From: Candidatus Pelethocola excrementipullorum
GTDB lineage: Bacteria; Bacillota; Clostridia; Lachnospirales; Lachnospiraceae
Direction of reading: 5' to 3'
Assembly: GCA_018714325.1 (NCBI GenBank)
Contig: DVNN01000250.1
Span: forward strand, 1 to 47,707
Length of the DNA: 47,707 bases
The notes under the pieces were generated by a model, which saw nothing but the letters and a program-made list of their open reading frames with translations, ran no database searches and had not been told where the DNA came from. Made by a program: the position numbers and the translations under genes. Position 1 is the first letter of the stretch; each line of letters starts with the position of its first letter. Positions 19,316 through 29,455 of the stretch are shown piece after piece.

Positions 19316-19492
19316 TGAACATGGGAGTTCCAAAGGGAGGGTACGTCGTTTCCTAAGTTTCTGTTCAATCCATTCAACGTTAAAGATGGAATGGCCATTA
19401 TCTATGTAAGATTACCTGGATAAGGCGGAAATGGGAATTTAGGAATCGATGTACCAAAAAAACAGGGGCTGCTTGCAGTCCCTGTTTTTTAT
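19316..19492 (+). ncRNA. Candidate structured RNA or attenuator leader upstream of gdhA
   Basis: GGTACGTCGTTTCCTAAGTTTC pairs with GGGAATTTAGGAATCGATGTACC around two inner hairpins, and a terminator follows. Confidence 0.5.
19456..19492 (+). terminator. Intrinsic terminator 140 nt before gdhA
   Basis: AAAAAACAGGGGCTGC-TT-GCAGTCCCTGTTTTTT. Confidence 0.8.
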
Positions 19493-19617
19493 ATCATAGG
19501 AAATTTCGTCCTACGATATAAAAACCCTCCGGGAGATGCGCGTGACGATTTGGCAGAAGTTGTCACTAAAGTGACACGCGTCAGCGCCGAGAATCATATT
19601 ATAAAGGAATAAATTAG

Positions 19618-20964
<1,347 letters not shown>

Positions 20965-20982
20965 TAGAATAATGGCTCACGG

Positions 20983-21221
20983 GGGGCCACAGAATAAGTC
21001 CCACCGCTGCTAACCGGCCGCCGTGTTGCGGTTTCGGGATTAAGAACATCTAGGGTTCTGATCATTTGCTAAAGGCGTATGCCCAAATAATAAACTCACT
21101 GCGTTCAGACAGTATTATTTGGGCATACAATGCAAATGCTCAGAACCCAAGTTGTTCTAGAAATCCCTGCAAATGCAACACAGCGGCCGGTTATCAGCGG
21201 CGGGACTTTTTCTGTGGCTTC
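20983..21221. repeat. ~240-bp imperfect palindrome (REP/MITE-like element candidate)
   Basis: ~110-bp arms (20983-21092 and 21113-21221) align as reverse complements around a 20-nt spacer AACTCACTGCGTTCAGACAG. Confidence 0.85.
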
Positions 21222-21694
21222 TAAGTCGGGAGGTATGAAGGATTTTTGGCTCTATTACTAAATGTTGGGGTGGCATGGATATAACCTTTGCCTTTTCCAA
21301 CATTTTTATTTTATAGTAATGGTCTTTTTCAAGTGTTGTAATTTTTTTCTGTTTTTGCTATAGGCTTTTTTGAATTTAGAATAAAATTCTTAAAAAATCT
21401 AAAATGGTACATATTAAAAATGAGCATAACAAAAGGATGAATCGTAGTTTGCCATGACGGTGTTATGTGTTTTTTTATTATGAAACTGCATTTGTTGACG
21501 GTGGAGGAGGCTTTGTAGTTCGGGATATTTTCCAGAACGCATAGCCTTTGGATATTGTTCATATAGTGCAGTTTTTTTGTTTTATAGAGTCTCCTCCCTT
21601 GTTCCAGAGCGGGGGGAGGTGGATGGGGTATGGGGGAGTTAGTGGAAGTCTTTTTAGTGGAGTTGGTGTGGTGTTTGGTGGGTGTTTTTTGAAT

Positions 21695-21748
21695 TTTACA
21701 ATATGGTTACATTTTTAAGTGTTCTGGTTGTCTTCTTTCTGTTATTCT
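21695..21748 (+). promoter_or_regulatory. Putative response-regulator box plus -10 element (autoregulatory promoter)
   Basis: TTTACAA-tatg-GTTACAT, then TG-T-TATTCT with the -10 starting 31 nt after box 2. Same layout at 23917-23970. Confidence 0.6.
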
Positions 21749-21792
21749 AGGGGATAGAATAGTTTGAGTTTTATAAGAGAGTTGGAGGTTTT

Positions 21793-22467
21793 GTGATGAG
21801 AGAGTGTATTTTGGTGGTGGAGGATGATGCCGCTATTAATGATTTGATTTGTATGAGTTTGGAGGCAGCGGGGTATCGTACCAGGCCTTTTTTTGATGGG
21901 GATAGGGTTTTTGAGTTTTTGGTGGAGGATTGTGGGGAGGAGTTTGGTTTGGCTTTGGTGGATGTTATGATTCCGGGGAGGGATGGGTTTGAGTTGTTGC
22001 CGGAGTTTAAGGAGAGGGGGATTCCGGTGATTTATTTGACGGCTAAGGGGGATGTGACAAGTAAGATAAAGGGGTTGAAGTCGGGGGCTGAGGATTATGT
22101 GGTGAAGCCTTTTGAGATGTTGGAGCTTTTGGTGCGGATTGAGAAGGTTTTGGATAGGTTTGGGAAGGGGACGGAGGAGATTCGGATTGGGGATGTTGTG
22201 ATTTATCCTCTGATGAGGAAGGTTCTCAAAGGTGGGGAGGAGGTTCCGTTGAAGCCTATGGAATTTGACTGTTTGCTGTTGTTTGTTAAGAATAAGAATA
22301 TTGCGTTGACCAGGGAGCAGTTGCTTCATTCTCTGTGGGGGGTGGAGTTTGATGGGGAGACCAGGACCATCGACGTGCATGTGGGAAGAATTCGTAAAAA
22401 GCTGGGGTGGCAGGAGGTGATTAGGACGATTCCGAGGATTGGCTATAGGTTGGAGGTGGATGCATGA
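21793..22467 (+). CDS. OmpR family response regulator
   Basis: ILVVEDD, LVDVMIPGRDG, YLTAK, DYVVKPF, RTIDVHVGRIRKKL, GYRL. Start is GTG 21793 or ATG 21796. Confidence 0.95.
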   Translation: MMRECILVVEDDAAINDLICMSLEAAGYRTRPFFDGDRVFEFLVEDCGEEFGLALVDVMIPGRDGFELLPEFKERGIPVIYLTAKGDVTSKIKGLKSGAEDYVVKPFEMLELLVRIEKVLDRFGKGTEEIRIGDVVIYPLMRKVLKGGEEVPLKPMEFDCLLLFVKNKNIALTREQLLHSLWGVEFDGETRTIDVHVGRIRKKLGWQEVIRTIPRIGYRLEVDA

Positions 22468-23939
22468 AGTTAAGGACAAAGATATGTCTGACAACGGCTA
22501 TAGCCATGTTGGTGATGTCCCAGAGTTTTTCGGCTGTTATGTTGCATATTTCCCAGAAAGAGCGGATTCGTAGTATGAATTCTTATGAACAGAATTTATT
22601 TGATGAAAAAGAAAGGGATTTGGAGCAGTCTATCAGGGGGATTGTTTTTGATTCTTTGTCAGTAGAGATGCAGGATCGTGTTATTCAAGACGGAAGCCGG
22701 AATTATCTGGGGATGGGGTATGCAGTTTATCGGGATAATCAGGAAATCTATAACTTATCGCCTTATGAATTTGGAATAAGACAGGATGTCATCGGTCAAT
22801 CTTCTGGGTCTGAAGGTAATGGGGATAATAGAGATATATATGGACTTCGTGAAGTTTTGGAACTGGAACAATCAGATGGATATATAGAAAAAAAGGTTGG
22901 AGGAAGGAATCTTCTGATACAGGGCTCGAGGATCAATCAACAGGGAGGGGAGAAAGCCACCTATATCGTATGGCATTTTGTGGATGTGACCAAATTATAT
23001 GAAGAGGTGGAGAGGACATTTCTTTTTGGGTTGGGTGTAGCCCTTTTACTTACGGCTATCCTTACGGCGGGTTTAATCGGGCTGATACACACGCTTCTAA
23101 AGCCCCTGTACCTGCTCCAAAACATGTCCAATCAAGTGGCGGAGGGTCAATATGGCAAGAGGGTTCCCGTCGTGCGTATGGATGAAATAGGGGAAATCAG
23201 TCATAGTTTCAATCTTATGGTGGAAAAAGTGGAAGAACATATTCAGGAATTATCCGACTCCAATCAGAGGCAGAAGCAGCTTATTGGGAGTCTGGCCCAT
23301 GAATTGAAGACACCGATGACGGCTTTGATTGGGTATTCAGATGCATTGTTGAAAATGAAGTTGAGTCCTGAGCAGAAGGAACGGTCTTTGAATTATATAG
23401 GAAGTGAATGTAGAAGACTTTCAGGTCTTTCTGCTAAGATGCTGGAGTTGACGGGACTGTATCAGGGGGCCTCGGATTTGGACATTAAGGAAGTTTCTGT
23501 CAGGCAGTTTGTGGAAAAGGTATGTGATCTGATGGAAAGTCGTTTTCATACCAAGAAGCTGGTAGTTCGGACGAAACTGCCGGATGAAGGGGTGAGGTGG
23601 AGGATGGATGAAGATCTGTTGACCAGCCTTTTGATGAATTTGGCGGACAATGCTTATAAAGCCTCGGATACAGGAGGGCATATCGGCATAGAGGCAGATG
23701 CAGATTCGCTGGTTGTTTGGGATGAAGGTATTGGGATTCCCAAGGAAGAGGTGAATAGGATTACAGAAGCATTTTACATGGTGGATAAGTCCCGGGCAAA
23801 GGCGGACGGAGGAGCGGGTCTGGGTCTGGCTCTTTGCAGAGAGATTGCGCAGATACATGGAGGGGAACTTCTTATCGAAAGTGAATATGGGAAAGGCACG
23901 AAAGTTACCTTGCATTTTCACAAGTTGGTTACAACTTAG
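22464..23939 (+). CDS. HAMP-domain sensor histidine kinase
   Basis: Two TMs, HAMP (DEIGEI..SFN.M), H-box AHELKTPM, NLADNA, DEGIGI, GAGLGL. ATGA overlap with the response regulator. Confidence 0.95.
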   Translation: MKLRTKICLTTAIAMLVMSQSFSAVMLHISQKERIRSMNSYEQNLFDEKERDLEQSIRGIVFDSLSVEMQDRVIQDGSRNYLGMGYAVYRDNQEIYNLSPYEFGIRQDVIGQSSGSEGNGDNRDIYGLREVLELEQSDGYIEKKVGGRNLLIQGSRINQQGGEKATYIVWHFVDVTKLYEEVERTFLFGLGVALLLTAILTAGLIGLIHTLLKPLYLLQNMSNQVAEGQYGKRVPVVRMDEIGEISHSFNLMVEKVEEHIQELSDSNQRQKQLIGSLAHELKTPMTALIGYSDALLKMKLSPEQKERSLNYIGSECRRLSGLSAKMLELTGLYQGASDLDIKEVSVRQFVEKVCDLMESRFHTKKLVVRTKLPDEGVRWRMDEDLLTSLLMNLADNAYKASDTGGHIGIEADADSLVVWDEGIGIPKEEVNRITEAFYMVDKSRAKADGGAGLGLALCREIAQIHGGELLIESEYGKGTKVTLHFHKLVTT

Positions 23940-23970
23940 CGCGGACTTCTTGCATTTGTCCGTTTAAGAT
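23917..23970 (+). promoter_or_regulatory. Putative response-regulator box plus -10 element for the downstream operon
   Basis: TTCACAA-gttg-GTTACAA, then TAAGAT starting 31 nt after box 2. Confidence 0.6.
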
Positions 23971-24005
23971 TAAGAGGTAATCACAACATGTCAGGAGGAA
24001 CAAAG

Positions 24006-25541
24006 ATGATTAGAAAGAGGTTCTGTATATTAGCATTATGTGCAGCAGGTATTCTGCTGCTGGGCGGATGTAAGGAAACACCGGATTCCGTAATAGTGAA
24101 GCAAAAGGGTGAGAAAGCCATGGACAATTATCAGGAGGATGAATCATTAGCCGACGTGAAGTCCAAAGAAGGGGAGGACTATAGTTCCATATTAAGAGAG
24201 CGGTTAGGAGCGCCGGATCGTTATGAAAATTCATTCACCACAGAAGATGGAAAGGTGGTCGTAAATACGGATGCACCGGTGGAAATTCCCAACACACCTC
24301 AAATATCCACCTTAAATGTTACCGCGGAGCCCATGACTGAGGAATGGTTCCAGAAGATAACAAAAGGATTGTTTCCAGACGGGACGTTTTATGATGAGGA
24401 GGCTTACAGTGCTTTAACAAAATCTGAAGTAGAAGCGAAAATCACAGAATTGAAGGGATATATCGCTCAGGGGAATACGGATCCTTATGATTATGGAACA
24501 GACGAGTTTGGCAATCTCAATTTTGATATCAATGAGGTTCTGGAAAGCTATGAAGAAATCTATGATGAGGTACCGGAAACTGTGGATAAGCGAGAAATTT
24601 CACCTGAATTTAAGGAAGATGAATTTGGTGACTGGTTCCGGGGAATTGTCGAGACTGAGGATGGCGGTGTATATACTTATTATGTGGGTAAAAACGATTG
24701 GCAGTCCATGTATGTAACCGCCAAACAAAGAAGAAGTGAAGATGGTAAATATCGTGAAATTATGTGGCATGAATATGGAATAGATTATACTATGACTTCC
24801 TCGGATAATAGTCTTCAGCAATCCAATGATTGGAAGCTTTCTGAAGAGGAAATGAAAGAATCCATAGGTATTTCCTGGGAAGAGGCAAAACGTATGGCCG
24901 ATGAGAAGGTTTCAGCCATGGGAATCTCAGATATGGAAGTGGATCAATGGGATTATTGTATGCTGATGGCAGGTGAGGAAGGAAGCATGGAGTCGAAAGA
25001 AATGGTGAATAGCGGATATTGGTTTTATTATTCGCGAAGAGTGCAAAACTGCCCGGTCACTTATACCATGGAGCAGGGAGGCGGGCTGGAAGATATGGAC
25101 AGCACCGTGGAACCATGGAATTATGAGCGGCTGAATATCATTATTTCGAAAGATGGGGTCGAGGAGATCGATTTTGACTGTCCCTATCAGGTGACAGAAA
25201 CCCAGGTGGAGAATGTGAAATTATTGGATTTTCAGGAAGTTACTAAGATATATGAACAAATGATGGAATATAAGTTTTCCTCCATGATGGATGACCCTTC
25301 TATGATGAAATATAAAGTGGATGTGGACCGCATTACTCTTGGGTATATGAGAGTTTATAATCCAAGTGAGAATAACCGAAGCGGGGTGCTGGTTCCTGTC
25401 TGGGATTTTTTTGGGGGTTCTGAAAACGAACGGAAAGATGGGGATGTCATTTATAATGACAGTTCGTACCTTCCATGTGAAAGCAAGATCACCATTAACG
25501 CAATAGACGGAACGGTCATCGACCGGTCCCTGGGGTATTAG
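24006..25541 (+). CDS. Acidic lipoprotein, DUF6034-like
   Basis: Lipobox LLGGC then KETP..VIVKQK. C-terminal LVPVWDF..ITINAIDGTVIDRSLGY. ATG 24006 after AGGAGG. Family name from recall. Confidence 0.7.
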   Translation: MIRKRFCILALCAAGILLLGGCKETPDSVIVKQKGEKAMDNYQEDESLADVKSKEGEDYSSILRERLGAPDRYENSFTTEDGKVVVNTDAPVEIPNTPQISTLNVTAEPMTEEWFQKITKGLFPDGTFYDEEAYSALTKSEVEAKITELKGYIAQGNTDPYDYGTDEFGNLNFDINEVLESYEEIYDEVPETVDKREISPEFKEDEFGDWFRGIVETEDGGVYTYYVGKNDWQSMYVTAKQRRSEDGKYREIMWHEYGIDYTMTSSDNSLQQSNDWKLSEEEMKESIGISWEEAKRMADEKVSAMGISDMEVDQWDYCMLMAGEEGSMESKEMVNSGYWFYYSRRVQNCPVTYTMEQGGGLEDMDSTVEPWNYERLNIIISKDGVEEIDFDCPYQVTETQVENVKLLDFQEVTKIYEQMMEYKFSSMMDDPSMMKYKVDVDRITLGYMRVYNPSENNRSGVLVPVWDFFGGSENERKDGDVIYNDSSYLPCESKITINAIDGTVIDRSLGY

Positions 25542-26423
25542 ATGAGAAGGACAAAGGCGGTAGTCCGTTATAATTTCCTGGGATTCCTGAAAAATCCCAG
25601 GGTAATCCTAGTCTTTCTCCTGAGTATCGTATTATGCTTTCTTCTCAGTGAGAGAGCCATCCGGGTGTCGGAGTATTATGATACATCCATGCAGGCGGCT
25701 GAGCCATTTATCTGGACCTTCGGGGATCCTACAGCCATTCTGCTGGCATCCCTTTTGCTGATACTGATGTTCTCGGATGTGCCTAAGACGGGGGCGGTGA
25801 TGCCTTATTATCTCACCCGGATGAAGCGGAAGGAATGGATGGCCGCCCAATTCCTCTATATCTCTTTGAGCACGGCCTTATACGTCTGTTTTATCCTGCT
25901 GGTGACTGGTGTTCTCTGTATGAGATATACATTTCCCGGGAATCTATGGAGCGAGACGGCAGCCAGATTGGCCTATTCAAAACTAGGCGGTTCCCTGGGA
26001 GTTCCGGCCAGCGTCAAGGCCATGGAAAGCATTACACCCTATGGGTGTATGATCCAGACGGGTATCTTGATGCTTTTGTACTCCTGGACCCTTTGCTTTT
26101 TAATGTTGGCGGTGAATCTGAGGTTCGGTAAGACGAAAGGGGTTTTTGCAGGTGTTTTCTACAGCCTTTACGGGTTTTTACTGGAACCGGAAGTAATCGC
26201 TAAAATCATGGGGCTTGAACAACAGGAACGTTATAAGGTGAATGTTTTGGTGGGATGGATCAGCCCCTTGAATCATGGAGCTTATCCGGGTCATAGCTTT
26301 GGCTATGATGATCTGCCCACCATCGGTCAGTCCGCAGGTGTCTTTCTGGTGGTCCTGGCAGTGCTTTATTGGTGGGCTTACCGCTCTTTACGCGGATATA
26401 ATTTCACCTTTACGGGGTATTGA
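25542..26423 (+). CDS. ABC-2-type permease-like membrane protein
   Basis: About 6 hydrophobic segments, YYLTRM.RKEW..Q loop, upstream of an ABC ATPase. Confidence 0.7.
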   Translation: MRRTKAVVRYNFLGFLKNPRVILVFLLSIVLCFLLSERAIRVSEYYDTSMQAAEPFIWTFGDPTAILLASLLLILMFSDVPKTGAVMPYYLTRMKRKEWMAAQFLYISLSTALYVCFILLVTGVLCMRYTFPGNLWSETAARLAYSKLGGSLGVPASVKAMESITPYGCMIQTGILMLLYSWTLCFLMLAVNLRFGKTKGVFAGVFYSLYGFLLEPEVIAKIMGLEQQERYKVNVLVGWISPLNHGAYPGHSFGYDDLPTIGQSAGVFLVVLAVLYWWAYRSLRGYNFTFTGY

Positions 26424-27148
26424 GTATGGATACAAGACGGATGATAAGCCGAAAGAGCACTTGGCTGGCGGTCTTAATAGGGATTCTATGTCTGGCAGCG
26501 GGCACCAGTTTTCCCAAAATGAGAGAGGGTCTACAGCCAGGCGCCTGGCATACCATAGTGGAAAATGCATTGAATTCTAAAATCATTTTTATGTCCATTC
26601 CCTTGATTGCGGTGTTACCTATGGGGGATCTGTGGATAAAAGAGAGGGAATCTGGATTTCTCGGATTTTATATAGCGAGGAAGGGAAAGCGAGACTATGT
26701 GGCTGACCGGGTGATTACCACCTGCTACAGCGGGGTATTTATCTGGATTATGGCCGTGAGCATAATTATGCTTATTTATTTTTTGATTTTTTATCCGTTG
26801 GAGTTTAAGCAGAGCTTAAAAGTAAAGGATTTTGCCAATATGTTTTGGATATTGGTACGTATTTTCCTAACCTCAGGGATATTGGCAAATTTGAGCGGAG
26901 CTGCGGGTATTTTATTCAGGTCTGTTTATATGGCTTATGGTTTACCATTTGTGGCCTATTATTTGATGGTCATTCTACAGGAGCGCTATCTGAAAGACAT
27001 TTACGTCATCAATCCTCAGGCCTGGATTCTGGGAACCGGAGACTGGGGAATTTATCAGCTGGGGCTATGGATTTTTCTTTTACTGTTGTTGCTGCTGACT
27101 TCACTGATACATGGAGGACTTTTATATGGAACATGCAAGGAGTTATGA
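26420..27148 (+). CDS. ABC-2-type permease-like membrane protein
   Basis: About 6 TMs, ERESGF..FYIARKG..DY motif, overlaps both neighbours. Confidence 0.7.
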   Translation: MSMDTRRMISRKSTWLAVLIGILCLAAGTSFPKMREGLQPGAWHTIVENALNSKIIFMSIPLIAVLPMGDLWIKERESGFLGFYIARKGKRDYVADRVITTCYSGVFIWIMAVSIIMLIYFLIFYPLEFKQSLKVKDFANMFWILVRIFLTSGILANLSGAAGILFRSVYMAYGLPFVAYYLMVILQERYLKDIYVINPQAWILGTGDWGIYQLGLWIFLLLLLLLTSLIHGGLLYGTCKEL

Positions 27149-27839
27149 TTACGTTGTAATCAGTCAGGTGAAGAAGTGTTTTGGGGATGAAACCGTATTG
27201 CAGGAGACGAATCTTACGCTTCAAAGGGGAAGGGTCTATGGGATTGTGGGAAATAATGGTTCCGGAAAGACCGTCCTTATGAAATGCATCTGTGGATTTC
27301 TTCCGGTTACCTCCGGTGAGATACGTGTTGGAGGGAAAGTCATAGGAAGAGAAGTGGATTTTCCCGAAAGCCTTGGCGTAATCATAGAGACTCCGGGGTT
27401 CCTGGCGGAATACACCGGAAGAAAGAATCTGGAGATTTTAGCGGCCCTAAATAAGAAAGTATCGGGGGGAGATATCACCAAAGTTTTAGAAAAGGTGGGA
27501 TTAAACCCTAATTTAAAGAAGCCTGTAGCAAAGTATTCTCTTGGAATGCGCCAAAGGCTGGGCATCGCACAGGCAATCATGGAAGATCCTGAGTTCCTGG
27601 TTCTGGATGAGCCATTTAATGGGCTGGATATCCGTGGAGTGGAAGATATCAGGCAAATACTGTTGGATTTAAAAAAACAGGAAAAAACCATACTTCTGGC
27701 AAGCCATAACAGCGAGGATATCCGGATTCTATGTGATGAGGTTTATGCTATGGATGCGGGAGTGATACAGAAAATGAAGAAGGCTTCCGTGATAGTGGGG
27801 GAAGATTCAGGAGAGGAAATAATGAATCATGAAGATTAA
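27126..27839 (+). CDS. ABC transporter ATP-binding protein (BcrA/CcmA-like)
   Basis: GNNGSGKT, YSLGMRQRLGIAQA, LVLDEP, ASH. ATG 27126 after GGAGG. Confidence 0.93.
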   Translation: MEHARSYDYVVISQVKKCFGDETVLQETNLTLQRGRVYGIVGNNGSGKTVLMKCICGFLPVTSGEIRVGGKVIGREVDFPESLGVIIETPGFLAEYTGRKNLEILAALNKKVSGGDITKVLEKVGLNPNLKKPVAKYSLGMRQRLGIAQAIMEDPEFLVLDEPFNGLDIRGVEDIRQILLDLKKQEKTILLASHNSEDIRILCDEVYAMDAGVIQKMKKASVIVGEDSGEEIMNHED

Positions 27840-29427
27840 GAGTTGCAGTTTCATGGACAGGTTAGCTGTGATAATGATGGTAATCATCCTGATGTCCGGT
27901 ATGTCTGATTCCGCTCCTGTCTTTGCTGCCGCAGAGGAAAAAAACCAAGAAAATCAAACCAATGCAGCAGGAGGCGGGGATAAGGATAAAAGGAAGCAGA
28001 TAAATCTGGGAATCGATAACGCTCATATTTATGAAGGGATGAAAGAAGCCTATGGAGATGGATATGTACCGCTGGAAGATGGGGAGAATTTGCTGGTGGT
28101 GGTGCCATTTACCTCCGATGGGGAATTAAAGGAGGGTAAATTGACCGTAAGCCTGGACTTTGGCAAAGGCAAAAAACTTCCATTTCAGATTAAGAATTAC
28201 AATAAGGATATCAAGGGTCAGAACTATACCTTTGAACAGGATGAGGTGAAGACTTATTTATACTCTGTAAAGATACCGCTGAATGGATCCAGAGAAGGGG
28301 GTCAATATCCAATAAAAGTCAAGGCAGAGGGATTGGATGAGGACGGGAATAAGGCTAGTCTGGAATATACCATATTTGCAACGGTGTCGGCAAAAGGGGA
28401 AGGACAGTCCGATGGAGACTCCGATTCCAAGGAAGACAATTCGAAGAATCAGGGCGGGGAAGGAGAAGAAGGAAGTGGGGGCGCAACCGGAGGTGATCTG
28501 TCCGGTGAAGATTTTAATTCCTCTGGTGGTGAAAGCGGGGGAGCCGGGGAAACAACCGAAGAGGTGGTGCATCAGCCCAAGTTCCTTATGGAGACATGCA
28601 GCTTTGACGATGTCAGCCTGGAAGCCGGGAGCGAACAAAACATGGAGATTTCCTTCCAAAACAGAAGTAAGAAATTTGCAGCCTATAATCTGAAAATTAC
28701 GATTCAGCAGGAAGGTGACTTTCTGAACTTTAACCGGACTTCTGAATACTTTGAGAAGGTGGAGGCAGGCGGCACCATAACCTTGAAGGAAGGACTTCGG
28801 GTGCAGGAGGATGCAAAGCAGGGAAGTGTTCCGGTACAATTCCTATTTGAGTATGAAGATGATAAGGGAAATGTGTATTCGGGGACCGAAACCTATCAGA
28901 TACGGGTACATCAGCCGGTAAAAACCTCATTTTCAGGAGGGTTGATTCCCGCCGGGGTCTATGCTGCGGATACCATATCCACCGACGTTCAGATTGTGAA
29001 TCTGGGGAGGGCTCCTATCTATAATATCAGGGTCTCCCTCAAGGGAACCGGGCTTTTTGCGGCACAGCCCTTTTACGGAGGGGAGCTGGAAGCGGGTTCC
29101 AGCGCACAGGGAAATGTCAATATATATGTGGGAACCAGAGACATGGAATCCATTGGGGATGTTTCGGATGGAGAAGAGGCAGACAAGTACGGGGATGTGA
29201 ATGGAACGCTGGTGCTGGAGTATGAGGACTCCTATGGGAAGACCTACGCCCAGTCCATTGATTATGCCACGAAGATTCAAGCCCCTAAGGTCTTGAGTTT
29301 AAAGGCTGAGACCAAGGAAGAGACTAATCAATGGTGGATTTCAATCATCGTACTGCTGGGGCTTGGATTATCGGCTGGAGTGGCAATACAGACGATGCGG
29401 ATATATTCCATTAAGAAGAAATTATAG
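27829..29427 (+). CDS. Secreted Ig-like multidomain protein with C-terminal anchor (COG1361/CARDB-like)
   Basis: Signal peptide (..VFA-A), Gly/Ser/acidic linker, repeated N.G..PIYNI.V and YED..G..Y strands, C-terminal TM and basic tail. Confidence 0.7.
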   Translation: MKIKSCSFMDRLAVIMMVIILMSGMSDSAPVFAAAEEKNQENQTNAAGGGDKDKRKQINLGIDNAHIYEGMKEAYGDGYVPLEDGENLLVVVPFTSDGELKEGKLTVSLDFGKGKKLPFQIKNYNKDIKGQNYTFEQDEVKTYLYSVKIPLNGSREGGQYPIKVKAEGLDEDGNKASLEYTIFATVSAKGEGQSDGDSDSKEDNSKNQGGEGEEGSGGATGGDLSGEDFNSSGGESGGAGETTEEVVHQPKFLMETCSFDDVSLEAGSEQNMEISFQNRSKKFAAYNLKITIQQEGDFLNFNRTSEYFEKVEAGGTITLKEGLRVQEDAKQGSVPVQFLFEYEDDKGNVYSGTETYQIRVHQPVKTSFSGGLIPAGVYAADTISTDVQIVNLGRAPIYNIRVSLKGTGLFAAQPFYGGELEAGSSAQGNVNIYVGTRDMESIGDVSDGEEADKYGDVNGTLVLEYEDSYGKTYAQSIDYATKIQAPKVLSLKAETKEETNQWWISIIVLLGLGLSAGVAIQTMRIYSIKKKL

Positions 29428-29455
29428 TGGGTAATCATTTTTATAAAGGGGATAT

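Noticed and set aside
19316-19492. Assignment of the gdhA leader to glnA riboswitch, T-box or 6S RNA
   Set aside because: Only fragments (GTTCA, GGCGGAA) resemble glnA. There is no T-box GGTGGNACC motif and no 6S-type conserved segments, so it is left unassigned.
20983-21221. CRISPR array or IS element interpretation of the palindrome
   Set aside because: No direct repeats with spacers, and no transposase or cas gene in the window.
21329-21562. 77-aa minus-strand ORF between the palindrome and the two-component system
   Set aside because: No properly spaced RBS and no recognisable motif. It could be a decayed remnant, but I cannot support that.
21742-22494. 250-aa minus-strand ORF opposite the response regulator
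   Set aside because: Shadow ORF. The G/T-biased codons remove antisense stop codons, and the product is H/P/L/N/Q-rich with no domain.
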